Source: Verrucomicrobiales bacterium | Lineage (GTDB): Bacteria; Verrucomicrobiota; Verrucomicrobiia; Verrucomicrobiales; V1-33 | DNA length: 41,174 nucleotides | Assembly: GCA_031411295.1 (NCBI GenBank) | Contig: JANOAV010000198.1 | Location: 1-41,174 of the forward strand | Reading direction: 5' to 3' | Part shown: positions 1-10,049 of the stretch, piece by piece | Numbering within the stretch: the stretch's first letter is position 1 | Layout of the letters: every line of letters begins with the position of its first letter | Notes under the pieces: generated by a model | What the model saw: only the letters and a program-made list of their open reading frames with translations | Told to the model about the DNA's origin: nothing | Database searches by the model: none | Program-made: the position numbers and the translations under genes

Positions 1-95
1 ACCTGTCCCTGCGTGCTTTGCGGACTGCGGATTAGGGCTTCAATGGTGACCTTTTCGTCGTTCGTTAAATTCAGCGGTTTGATGGAGCGGCTCAT
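1..95 (-). mobile_element. IS630-family transposase, N-terminus (runs off the window edge); element left end at about 120
   Basis: Reverse strand from ATG at 95 reads MSRSIKPLNLTNDEKVTIEALIRSPQSTQGQV, resembling IS630/Tc1 HTH N-termini. The putative element end abuts a TA dinucleotide (121-122), the typical IS630 target. Confidence 0.6.
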
Positions 96-119
96 CCCCA
101 CTTATTTCACATTTGTTAA

Positions 120-1049
120 CTATTGCAAGTAAGCACTAGCATCCACTAGAATCGAACTCGAGTAAGAGCCAGAATGGTTGCAGCCAAGATCAGCCGCATT
201 TCCATGGCAATACCAGATCAAATCATAGAACGTTGCCATATCCCCCTGTGAGTTGGAACACCCTTGCGAACAACCCACCACATCGAAGTTCTCCACCACA
301 TGAATGATCTCTCCATCCAAGAATGCACCGCCCTTCGATGATAATTCAAGGGGGGTAAAAATGTAATTTAGCGCACCACTTATTTTCTGCGGTTGTAGAG
401 GAGTGGGAGCTAGTATCGCTCCGTTTGTTTTCCGGGTAAACGTCAGCCCCGTCACATGCAATTCGTTCTCCGGCCGATAAACCAAGGTAAACCCATCCAC
501 GATCCCTTGAGACATGATAATATCGAACTCCCGCGTCTGGTTCGGCCCCACGAGCCTCTGCTCATTCGAATGAGGAAGCGCCGCCATGCTCGGGAATCGC
601 AATGGAAGTGGTTTGGGAGGTTCAATACAACCCGGTGGTGGCTCTAAGTATGCGATTTGAAATCCCTCTTGAGAATGGACAGGTGTTGCGTTGCACGGCA
701 CGACCATTGTGAACTCAAATGACGTAGCTGTCGATGTGACGCCACAGCTGATATGGTTACCCAAATTCGAGATGACGGTGACACCGCCACTCCCAATAGT
801 ATTTATAGCCGTGCATTCATTGGGCAGTTCGATTTGAAAACCACCCCCTGGACCGCTTATATTTGAAAGCGCCAATTTCACCTGCACGGTGTCGTAACAC
901 ACATGGATACTGCTTGGGTTCGTTTGCAAATTTGTTCCGTTGTGGCTGGTCTCCACAGTCGTAACAATGTTGATCGCCTGTAGGCAGCCAGTGGCAACCC
1001 AAAGGAACAAAAGGGTAATCATCCCCAGGCAAGAGCGAGAAGTTTTCAT
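120..1049 (-). pseudogene. Secreted, Cys-containing hypothetical protein, probably truncated by the IS630-like insertion
   Basis: N-terminal signal peptide (MKTSRSCLGMITLLFLWVATGCLQA) and beta-rich sequence. The stop codon TAG is formed exactly at the TA junction with the putative IS end. Confidence 0.55.
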
Positions 1050-1345
1050 GATAATGGTAGTGTTATAGTGAGTCAGCTAGTTCCACCCTGCTCTCATTGA
1101 AATGGAGCGGACGGAAGTGTTCGGAAAAAACAAAGAAATCACCGGAGCAACCCACACTGAAGCCATCGCCTTAAGCCCTACTCCAGCCACGCCTCTCTTC
1201 GTTGTCAGTAATCCTCTGGCTCTAGCGATGTTGTGTGTCTGCTTCATAGTGGCTGGCAGCAGAAAATCAAATTTCTTCAAATGTGTCAATATTGTTTCAA
1301 ATATATCTACAACACCGCGATAGGAGTGACTCTTAAACCGCAGCA

Positions 1346-1602
1346 GGTGGCAAATGCCGCCTGGATAACCTGGGAACGGGCCCTGGCGTTACCCATTGCT
1401 ACGGAGATTTGCCTCGAGGTGCTGACTCCTTCCAATTCACAAGCGTAAATGCAGGAAAAGCGATGCGCTATTTAACCAAGAAAGCGCAAGGAGTCTGGTG
1501 ATGAGCGTTGTCCCATGGAAATTTCCACGGCAACCAGTGGGGCCACGCGGGTCCCAGTTTCCCCACATTGTCCAAATCTTACACCAGATTGATGTGAATT
1601 GA
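1346..1602 (+). pseudogene. Degenerate partial copy of the adjacent Uma2 gene
   Basis: Reads VANAAWITWER..LPIATEICLEVLTPSNSQA*MQEK, matching VADVAWISRER..LPIAPEICVEVLSPSNTRGQMLEK. It has stops and frameshifts and ends cagattgatgtgaattga versus cagattgatgtggattga. Confidence 0.8.
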
Positions 1603-1723
1603 AATTGGGTTGAGCCGGAGTTCTTGACGAAACAAGAATCGGCTGCGATTGCTTTTCCCGGGGCTCACTTAATTTCCTGACTTTCTTGATGGCAGCTGTT
1701 CCTTCGTGTGCTAAAGTAGGCCC

Positions 1724-2221
1724 ATGAATGCACTCACTTGGGAAGACATCATCGCAGACCCCAGTCTGCAGGATCTGCCGTATAAAATTGAAACCAACCG
1801 TTATCATCAAATTGTCATGAGTCCGGCCACCTTTTGGCATAGTGATTATCAACTCGAAATTGGAGCCCTGCTAAAGAAATTCCTACCGTTGGGACGTGCC
1901 GCAGTGGAATGCGCGATCCAGACTTCTGAAGGAGTGCGGGTGGCAGATGTGGCATGGATTTCGCGAGAGCGCAGACTGCCCCATCGTCGAGCCATTTCTC
2001 TGCCCATTGCTCCAGAGATTTGCGTGGAAGTGCTGTCCCCGTCCAACACGCGGGGGCAGATGCTGGAAAAAATGACCCTCTATTTTGCCAAGGGAGCAGA
2101 GGAAGTTTGGCTGTGTGATGAGCATGGGAAAATGGAATTTTTCACGGCCGCTAGTGCACCCGAACCGGTGGCCTCCTCTCTACGTTGTCCGGAATTTCCG
2201 CCGCAGATTGATGTGGATTGA
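1724..2221 (+). CDS. Uma2 (DUF820) family putative endonuclease
   Basis: Motifs MSPA..H, VADVAW, PEICVEVLSPSN, KMxLY..GAEEVW. Confidence 0.9.
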   Translation: MNALTWEDIIADPSLQDLPYKIETNRYHQIVMSPATFWHSDYQLEIGALLKKFLPLGRAAVECAIQTSEGVRVADVAWISRERRLPHRRAISLPIAPEICVEVLSPSNTRGQMLEKMTLYFAKGAEEVWLCDEHGKMEFFTAASAPEPVASSLRCPEFPPQIDVD

Positions 2222-2399
2222 ATCCGCCTGCCGCCCTCCCGTAAGCCTTGCCAGGAGAGGGAAAGCGAGCAGAAATGGATGAAGTGTGTTTTTTGAGACG
2301 ACGATCCTGAGCCGAATGCGGGTTGATCTTCTTGTGTCCAATAAGGGATGCGAGCCAGAGGTGTTGACGAAACAAGAATCACCTGCCATCACTCTCCAC

Positions 2400-3926
2400 A
2401 TGCACCTCACGGCCCTCCTCAAACTTCGCAGAACGACCACGCGCCATCTCGCCATCGCGATGCTGGGAATTAGCTTCATTTCCCTAGTCAACGCCGACGA
2501 AGACCTCGGTGAAATGTGGGGCACCGCAGCGGAGGAAGCGAAGTATTATCCCATCGTGAACATTCCGATTCCATCCACCGTTCCGCTGCGGCCAGGTGGA
2601 TTGGAAATCTTGCCGGATGGGCGATTAGCCGTGGGAACGCGGCGGGGCGATATTTATTTCATCAAGGGAGCGTTCGATTCTCCGCCGCAGCCGGAGTATC
2701 AGTTGTTTGCCAATGGGCAGGATGAAATCTTTTCTCTGTCCTGGAGAAACAACGCCATGACCGCCACCACGTGGGGCGAGGTAACCCGCATTTCCGATAC
2801 CAATGGCGATGGGGTGGCAGACAATTACGATGCGCTTACTAGCAACTGGGGTTACGCCGAAGGACACGAATTTGCCTTCGGTTCCAAGCCGGACAAAGCA
2901 GGGAATATTTATGTGGCGCTGGGCTTGAGTGGCTCCTATGAATCGCACAATTTGTTCCGTGGCTGGGCGGTAAAAGTAACGCCTGATGGAAAAATGATTC
3001 CCGTCTGCAGTGGCCTGCGCAGCCCGGGTGGTGTCAATGCCAACGCCGAAGGTGAGATGTTCGTGATCGAGAGCCAGGGCCCCTGGAATGGTTGTTGTTC
3101 GCTGAAGCACATCAAGCCGGGCGCGTTTCTTGGACATCCCGCGAGTTACAATTGGTATCCCTTTGTCACTGGCATGAAAGCCCCCGCGCTCGAGCCCAAA
3201 GATGAATCGCGCATGGGTATTGAAAAGAAACGCGTCAAAGAGTTGGTGCCGCCAGCCGTGAAATTTCCCTACATCAAAATGGGACGCTCCATCTCCGGCT
3301 TCCGGCTGAATACCACGGGTGGAAAATTCGGCCCGTTCGACAACCAACTTTTCCTAGGCGATTACAGCCTCAGCATCATCATGCGCGCTACCACAGAGCA
3401 AATTAACGGCGTGTGGCAGGGCGCCTGCTATCCGTTCCGGGAAGGCCTTGCCACGGGCATCATGAACGTAGAATTCTCGCCCAATGGCCAACTCATTGCA
3501 GGCGGCTTCACCACCAACACCCAATGGCCCGTGCGCGGCACCGAACCATTTGCGCTCCAACGGATCGATTGGAATGGCACCGTGCCATTTGAAATCAAGG
3601 AGATCAACATCAAGCCCAAAGGCTTCAACATCACCTTCACCAAACCGATCGATCAAGCTGCGGCGGCCAAACCCGAAAACTACATCATCACGACCTACAC
3701 CCACATCTATCACGAAGGCTACGGCAGCCCGGAAGTGGATCAAACCACGCCCAAAGTCACCCAAGTGGTTCCCGCCGCGGATGGCCTCTCGGTCTATGTT
3801 CACCTGGATAAAATCACCGAAGACCACATCCACGATTTCGATCTGGGGAAAATCACGGGGGCAGATGGCCGACATTTGCTGCACACCAAGGCTTACTACA
3901 CAGTGAATGAGATTCCGCAGGGGTAA
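2400..3926 (+). CDS. Secreted beta-propeller protein of PVC 'membrane-bound dehydrogenase / large multifunctional secreted protein' type
   Basis: Signal peptide from ATG 2400; DTNGDGVAD Ca-binding-like loop; SGLRSPGG and FGPFDNQLFLGD propeller-like motifs. Confidence 0.65.
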   Translation: MHLTALLKLRRTTTRHLAIAMLGISFISLVNADEDLGEMWGTAAEEAKYYPIVNIPIPSTVPLRPGGLEILPDGRLAVGTRRGDIYFIKGAFDSPPQPEYQLFANGQDEIFSLSWRNNAMTATTWGEVTRISDTNGDGVADNYDALTSNWGYAEGHEFAFGSKPDKAGNIYVALGLSGSYESHNLFRGWAVKVTPDGKMIPVCSGLRSPGGVNANAEGEMFVIESQGPWNGCCSLKHIKPGAFLGHPASYNWYPFVTGMKAPALEPKDESRMGIEKKRVKELVPPAVKFPYIKMGRSISGFRLNTTGGKFGPFDNQLFLGDYSLSIIMRATTEQINGVWQGACYPFREGLATGIMNVEFSPNGQLIAGGFTTNTQWPVRGTEPFALQRIDWNGTVPFEIKEINIKPKGFNITFTKPIDQAAAAKPENYIITTYTHIYHEGYGSPEVDQTTPKVTQVVPAADGLSVYVHLDKITEDHIHDFDLGKITGADGRHLLHTKAYYTVNEIPQG

Positions 3927-4130
3927 TTGCTCCTGCCCTTGGAATGCCCGGATCGCGGATTTGCAATCTGCAGCATCACCCGGCGTTAAGACCTGCCACC
4001 ATGGCAAGCCCAAAGAGGTCGCTCTACGTAGCGTGGGCACCTCACTGCCGTCTGTGCGGAATTTCGTTTACCGCATAAATATTTATTCAAAGTTTGAAAG
4101 ACTCATTAAAGCAGGTCCGTTGTGCCATAC

Positions 4131-7100
4131 ATGACCACACGCTCTCTCTTCTCGTCATTTACGAATCACTTCGTCGCCCGGTCCTGCTTTGCGGCAGGAA
4201 TTGCCATTGCCCTAACTTTTGCTAGCGGCAGCCATGCGCAGACTCCGCCGCCAGCCGCTCCGGATGCCAAAACGGAGGTGAAAGACCTCTCGAAACCACC
4301 TTTGCGGGCACTCAAGGCCAGCATTCATTTGGTAAGTCCTAATTGGAACGTTGAGAAGCAACAACCTGCCGGCCCCGCAGTCATGATTGACTTCAGTGGT
4401 GGTGCCGCTCCTTTGGATAGAATAGGCAAAGCGACTCCGGTCGGATCCATTAAAATGAATCCAGAAACGGCCGGGGAATGGAAATGGGAGAAATCGGATC
4501 GTCTGGTATTTTTCCCTGCGGGCGGGTGGCTCCCGCCCGGAACCTACACGTTCAAAGCGGAAGCGGGGTTGCTGGCGGAGGATTGCCAACTGGAGACCGA
4601 TACGCAATTCAACCATCACTGGGGTGCGCCCCCGCTTGGAGCCACCTTTGCAGATCGCTCCTACTATGTGGATCCGGCCACGCCAGCATTGCAGCAGCTA
4701 GTCACTACCGTTACCTTCACCCAACCGGTAGCATTGGACGAAGCGCAGCGGGCGCTGTCGGTTGTCAGCGTCACGGGCAGTGAAATTTTCCAAGCCGGTA
4801 GCAAGGCCCAGGTCATTGCCGATCCCAAGAATCCACTCCAATTCTATCTGCGTTCGCCACTGATGCAGCCCACCGACAAAGAAGACTTGGTGCGGTTTTT
4901 CTTTAAAGCAGGCCTGCACGCTAAATCTGGCGGCAATGCCACCGACAAGGACTTGGAAACGAAACTGACCGCCTACAGCAAACAATCAAATTTCTACTTC
5001 GAATCGGCCTCCAGCATCCTGCGCAAAACTCCCGCCGGAGAGCCGGAACAAGCTATCCTGGTGGAACTGAGCATCCCAGCGCATGTCGCCTCCGTGGCGA
5101 AATCCGTGCAGGCTTGGAAGTTGCCGCCAGAGGAGTTGGACAAAAATAAGAATCCCATTGCCTGGACGACGGATAACGTAACCGACGAGGTGTTAGCAAA
5201 ATCTACCAAGGTCGTCATGGATCGCATCATCATGCCGGAGGCTCCTCCGATGGAAGAGGCGATAGCCCTGCGCGTGGCGCAACAACCGAGTGCGCGCATT
5301 TTCCTCAAAGTTCCCAAGGACACGGCTGGCCCCGGTGGCTTCGTAACGGCGGAGGATTGGAAGGCCATCACCAGATTGCCAGAAATCCCCAAAGAGGCCA
5401 TTTTACTGGGCAAGGGTGGACTGCTGGCACTGAATGGCGAACGTAAACTCAGTGTGCAATCGCGTGGCTTGGATCACCTGCGCTATACGGTGGCTCGCGT
5501 GCAGACCACTCAGATCAATCACTTGGTTAGCCAAACGAATGGCAGTTTCGCTTCCCCCAGTTTTCGTGGCAACTTTGGTTTGGAAAATATGTCAGAGTAT
5601 GAGCAGTCTGTGCAGCCGATTGTGAAGAAAACCAACTACAGCGCGAACTATTCCTCATTCGATTTCGCTCCGTTGCTTCATGGGGCTCAGCCGGGGGCAG
5701 TTCCCACGCATGGATTGTTTCACCTTACGGTGGAAGGTGTGCGGCCCCGCACCCCGGAAGATGCCAAAGTGGAAAATGGCTCGCCTGACAAAGATTGGGT
5801 GCCGTTAGCAGACCAAGAAGGAGGCTATGATGGCAACGATGAACCGGAATACGATGACTCAGGTGAACAAAATTATCTTCGGGGTGATCGCCTGCGCGAT
5901 AAACGCTTCATCCTCGTGACTGACCTGGGCCTCATTATGAAAGAATCCGCCGAGGGAAATCGCGTGGTTTATGTGCAATCCTTCAGCGGACGCCGTCCGG
6001 TGGAAGGCGTGGAAATTTCCGTCCTCTCAGTCAATGGCACCGTCTTGAAGACTGCCATTACCAATGCTCTCGGCAAAGCGGAACTCCCTTCGCTACGTGG
6101 GTTGCAACGCGAAAAAGCCCCCGTGGCGCTGGTGGCCAAGAAGGGAGATGACCTGGCCTTTATTCCATGGGACAAGAACGAACGTGAACTGGACACTTCC
6201 CGTTATGATGTCGGCGGTGTTTCCTACAGTGAGAAATCCGCCCTCTCTGCGGCCTTATTTACCGAGCGCGGCATTTACCGCCCGGGCGAAGCGATTAACC
6301 TTGGCGGGATCGTGCGGCAGCGGGATTGGAAAGGCGATCTCACAGGCTTGCCGCTGGAGTTAGTCGTCATCAATGCCAAGCAGGATGTGGCAGGGCGCTA
6401 TCCAATTAATTTGGCCGCAGGCGGAGTCTTCTCACAGACCATCCCCACCGCCGAAACCGCCCCCACCGGTCCATGGAGCGTGCAACTAGAGCGTCCGAAA
6501 TCCGCCAATGCCCGGCCCAAAGAATCGCCCATCTATCTTGGCAGTGTCACGGTTCGCGTGGAAGAGTTCCAGCCGGACCGTCTGAAGGTGAAGGCGCAAT
6601 TCCTGCCAGGCGAAGGCGAAGGCTGGCGCGCGCCTGATGATTTATCCATTGCCGTGCAGTTGGATACCTTGTTCGGCATCCCCGCAGCGAATCGTCGCGT
6701 GGCTTCGAAACTCACGCTTTCCCCAGTCACGCCCAGTTTCGCCAATTGGCCCGGTTGGCAGTTCGGCATGGTGACGAGGGAACGCCTGGAGCCAAAGGAA
6801 ATCGCGTTAGAAGATGGAGAAACGAATGAAAATGGTCAGGCGAAGATCACGCTGGATCTAGCCGCTCATACCGCTCCCATGCTGCGCGCGCGGGTCGAAC
6901 TGGAAGCCTTCGAAGCGGACGGTGGTCGTGGGGTGCGCACGGAATTAACCACGCTAGTGTCCCGCCAGTCTTATCTCATCGGCCACAAGACGGATCGCGA
7001 TCTCGACTATCTGAGTCCGCTGGATCCCGTTTCTGTTAGCGTCGTGGCGATCAGTCCCGATGCCAAGCCCATGGCCGTGGCTGAATTAACGCGAGTGCTG

Positions 7101-10049
7101 GTGCAAACCAAACATATTTCCGTCCTCACGAAACATGGCAACGGCAGTCTGGCTTACGAATCCCAGGAACGGGATGAAACCGTGGAATCTTTACCCGTGG
7201 CTCTTCCGGCTGGCGAGTCGCCATTGCCTTTGCCGCTGGATAAGCCCGGCCAGTTCCGTTATGAATTCCGCAATGCGGTTGGTCAGGCCTTGTGCTCCAT
7301 TCCCTTCTTCGTGACGGGCAAGGGCGATGCCTCCAAGGATCTGGAACGCAGTGGCGAACTGGAAATAAAGTTTCCAGACAAGAAATGGTTGCCGGGTGAA
7401 GAGCTTGAATTCTCCCTCACCACTCCATTCACGGGCGCTGGGCTCATCACCGTAGAGCGAGACTCTGTGCTGACGGAAACTTGGTTCAAATGCGATACGA
7501 AATCCTCCGTGCAGAAGATCAAGCTCCCAGACAGCCTGGAAGGTGGTGTCTATCTGCATGTGATCATGGCGCGCGCCTTGGATTCGCCTGATGTTTTCCT
7601 CAATCCTCTGGCCAGTGGCATCAAGCCCATTGCTGCTGCGCGTGGTCAGCGGGAAATGATGGTCACGCTGGATTCACCGGATCGGGTGCGTCCGGGGGAA
7701 CGACTCACCATCGGCTATTCCTCTCCCAAGGCTGGACAAATGGTGATCTGGGCGGTGGATGAAGGCATCCATTTGGTCAGCAAATATCAAGCGCCCGATC
7801 CGTTAGCAAAACTGCTACCAACTGCAGCGCTGGAAGTCACCACCTATCAATTGATCGATGTGCTGCTGCCGGAGTTCACGCTGTATCGCAAAGCGCTGGC
7901 CATTGGTGGAGATGGTAATGGGGCTCCCGAGTTGCAGTTGGGAATTAATCCCTTCAAACGTCGTCGCGATGCGCCCGTGGTTTACTGGAGCGGCTTTGTG
8001 CCCTGTGGACCGGACCGCAAAGAGATCTTCTATCAAGTCCCGGAATACTTTGCGGGACGACTGAAAATCTTTGCCGTGGCCGTGGCGGCCGATTCTGTTG
8101 GCCTGGGGCAACGCCAAACCATTGTGAAAGGCGATTTCGTGCTCACGGCCACCACGCCATTATTCGTGGTGCCAGGCGATGAATTCACGGCTAGTGTCAC
8201 GGTGGCAAATCAACTGGAAGGTGCCGCCAGCACGGATCAAGTGAAGGTTCAGATCGAACCCACGGGCGGGGTTGAGATCCTGCAAGCAGCCCCAGAGGCT
8301 CAAACGATTACCGTTGGCAAAGAGAGCCTGCTGCAATATCGTTGTCGGGCGAAAGAACCGTTAGGTAATGGTGAATTGAAATTTACAGCCTCCAGCGGCA
8401 ATGCCAAACAGTCGTCGAGCAGCACTTTCAGTGTGCGGCCGGGTGTGGCGCGCGCTGCGAAAGTCCAGAGCGGTTGGTTCCGTAATGGCTCGCATGATGT
8501 GGCCGTGCAGCATCCCATGTTCCAGGAGTTTGCCGAACGTCAGGCCATCGTTTCCACCACCCCGTTGGGTCTCGCGCACGGTTTGTCCGCTTATTTGAAA
8601 GAGTATCCGCATGGCTGCTCCGAGCAAATCACGAGTCGCGCCTTCCCCTGGTTAGTGTTGAAGGATGACGCCAACTTCGGGATTGATAAGGCGGAAGCCG
8701 CCAAGGCCATCTCCATTGCCATGAATCAATTATCGAATCGTCAGGGAGCAAACGGTGGCTTCGGCTACTGGGGAACGAATGAGATCGATGGATTCGATTA
8801 CCTCTCGGTTTATGTCGGGCAATTTCTCATGGAAGCAAAGACCAGCGGGTTCCCTGTGCCAGCGAGACTATTTCAATCCACCATGCGGCGGTTGCGCTTC
8901 ATGGCGGACGCGCAGATCGCTGATCCCTGGAAAGACAATGATGGCCGCATCTATTACTGGCGCACGCGTTGGGAGTCTGAAATGCGGGCCGCCGCCATTT
9001 ATCTGCTGACGCGCAATGAGGAAGTCACCACGAACTATGCGCTGAAATTGCAGGACTTCCTGGAGGCCAAAGTGCCCAAGGAATTATGGCATCGCGATTC
9101 GACGGCCGCATGGTTGGCTTCAACGTGGCGCTTGCTGAAGAAGGAAGCGGCCGCCACCACATTGATCCAGGCGCATCGGGCTGCCATCAAGCTCCCGGAG
9201 CCACGCCAGTGGGATTGGGGTTACTACTACTATAGTAGCAGACTCACCAATGCAGCCACCGACTTCACCATCCTCTGCCGCCATTTCCCTGAAATCGCCA
9301 AGACGCTAACCTACGAGGAAATGAAGCCGCTGACGGAAATGATCGATCAAGGCGACTTCCACACTCTTTCCGCCGCATGGAGTGTGCAGGCGCTCAAAGC
9401 CTATGCAGATCTAGCCGCCAGCAGTGGGGTGAAGGCAGGCGTGGCTTCGGTGCAAGGTCAGGAGGTAAAAGTGCTAGCCGAACCCGCAGCAGGAATGCTC
9501 AGGGTTAAAGTGCCCGAAGGCATGGCGCGCTTCTTCTTTCCCGCCGATGCCCCACAAGGCCTCGGTGCGTGGTATCAGACGATTGAAACCGGCTTTGCGA
9601 AAGCCTTGCCGGAGAAATACACCTCCATGCACATTGATGTCGTTCGGGAAATCGTCGATGCAGAAGGAAAACCAGTCACGCAGAGCAAGTTGGGAGAAAC
9701 GCTCTTTGCCAAACTCACCATTCGGAATCTAACCAAGACCGACATGCCTAATCTAGCGCTCACGGAAATGCTCCCGGGCGGATTTGAATTCTCGCCACCA
9801 GGCGAACCTGATTCACTGCGTCCAGGCTTGGCCACGCGGATGGGCACCGACTACATTGATGTGAGGGAAGATCGGGCCATGATTTACTTCGGCCTCCAGC
9901 CAGAGAAATCGCTCACCCTGCAATACGCCCTGCGTCCTACCTGTGCCGGAACCTTCGTTGTCCCTCCGCCCTACGCCGAGGACATGTATGAAGCCAAAGT
10001 CCGCGCCAACGGAGCCTCCGATAAAATCATCATCCTGCCACGTGAATAG
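4131..10049 (+). CDS. Bacterial alpha-2-macroglobulin (YfhM-like)
   Basis: About 1970 aa with a signal peptide, FTERGIYRPGE, VEEFQPDRLKV, thioester motif YPHGCSEQ and C-terminal DVREDR...AEDMY. It lies directly upstream of pbpC. Confidence 0.93.
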   Translation: MTTRSLFSSFTNHFVARSCFAAGIAIALTFASGSHAQTPPPAAPDAKTEVKDLSKPPLRALKASIHLVSPNWNVEKQQPAGPAVMIDFSGGAAPLDRIGKATPVGSIKMNPETAGEWKWEKSDRLVFFPAGGWLPPGTYTFKAEAGLLAEDCQLETDTQFNHHWGAPPLGATFADRSYYVDPATPALQQLVTTVTFTQPVALDEAQRALSVVSVTGSEIFQAGSKAQVIADPKNPLQFYLRSPLMQPTDKEDLVRFFFKAGLHAKSGGNATDKDLETKLTAYSKQSNFYFESASSILRKTPAGEPEQAILVELSIPAHVASVAKSVQAWKLPPEELDKNKNPIAWTTDNVTDEVLAKSTKVVMDRIIMPEAPPMEEAIALRVAQQPSARIFLKVPKDTAGPGGFVTAEDWKAITRLPEIPKEAILLGKGGLLALNGERKLSVQSRGLDHLRYTVARVQTTQINHLVSQTNGSFASPSFRGNFGLENMSEYEQSVQPIVKKTNYSANYSSFDFAPLLHGAQPGAVPTHGLFHLTVEGVRPRTPEDAKVENGSPDKDWVPLADQEGGYDGNDEPEYDDSGEQNYLRGDRLRDKRFILVTDLGLIMKESAEGNRVVYVQSFSGRRPVEGVEISVLSVNGTVLKTAITNALGKAELPSLRGLQREKAPVALVAKKGDDLAFIPWDKNERELDTSRYDVGGVSYSEKSALSAALFTERGIYRPGEAINLGGIVRQRDWKGDLTGLPLELVVINAKQDVAGRYPINLAAGGVFSQTIPTAETAPTGPWSVQLERPKSANARPKESPIYLGSVTVRVEEFQPDRLKVKAQFLPGEGEGWRAPDDLSIAVQLDTLFGIPAANRRVASKLTLSPVTPSFANWPGWQFGMVTRERLEPKEIALEDGETNENGQAKITLDLAAHTAPMLRARVELEAFEADGGRGVRTELTTLVSRQSYLIGHKTDRDLDYLSPLDPVSVSVVAISPDAKPMAVAELTRVLVQTKHISVLTKHGNGSLAYESQERDETVESLPVALPAGESPLPLPLDKPGQFRYEFRNAVGQALCSIPFFVTGKGDASKDLERSGELEIKFPDKKWLPGEELEFSLTTPFTGAGLITVERDSVLTETWFKCDTKSSVQKIKLPDSLEGGVYLHVIMARALDSPDVFLNPLASGIKPIAAARGQREMMVTLDSPDRVRPGERLTIGYSSPKAGQMVIWAVDEGIHLVSKYQAPDPLAKLLPTAALEVTTYQLIDVLLPEFTLYRKALAIGGDGNGAPELQLGINPFKRRRDAPVVYWSGFVPCGPDRKEIFYQVPEYFAGRLKIFAVAVAADSVGLGQRQTIVKGDFVLTATTPLFVVPGDEFTASVTVANQLEGAASTDQVKVQIEPTGGVEILQAAPEAQTITVGKESLLQYRCRAKEPLGNGELKFTASSGNAKQSSSSTFSVRPGVARAAKVQSGWFRNGSHDVAVQHPMFQEFAERQAIVSTTPLGLAHGLSAYLKEYPHGCSEQITSRAFPWLVLKDDANFGIDKAEAAKAISIAMNQLSNRQGANGGFGYWGTNEIDGFDYLSVYVGQFLMEAKTSGFPVPARLFQSTMRRLRFMADAQIADPWKDNDGRIYYWRTRWESEMRAAAIYLLTRNEEVTTNYALKLQDFLEAKVPKELWHRDSTAAWLASTWRLLKKEAAATTLIQAHRAAIKLPEPRQWDWGYYYYSSRLTNAATDFTILCRHFPEIAKTLTYEEMKPLTEMIDQGDFHTLSAAWSVQALKAYADLAASSGVKAGVASVQGQEVKVLAEPAAGMLRVKVPEGMARFFFPADAPQGLGAWYQTIETGFAKALPEKYTSMHIDVVREIVDAEGKPVTQSKLGETLFAKLTIRNLTKTDMPNLALTEMLPGGFEFSPPGEPDSLRPGLATRMGTDYIDVREDRAMIYFGLQPEKSLTLQYALRPTCAGTFVVPPPYAEDMYEAKVRANGASDKIIILPRE

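Noticed and set aside
1077..1323. Short ORFs on both strands upstream of the truncated gene
   Set aside because: No recognisable motifs or start signals, so coding status cannot be supported.
3950..4035. Possible degenerate REP hairpins between the propeller gene and A2M
   Set aside because: The palindromes are too imperfect to call confidently from this window alone.
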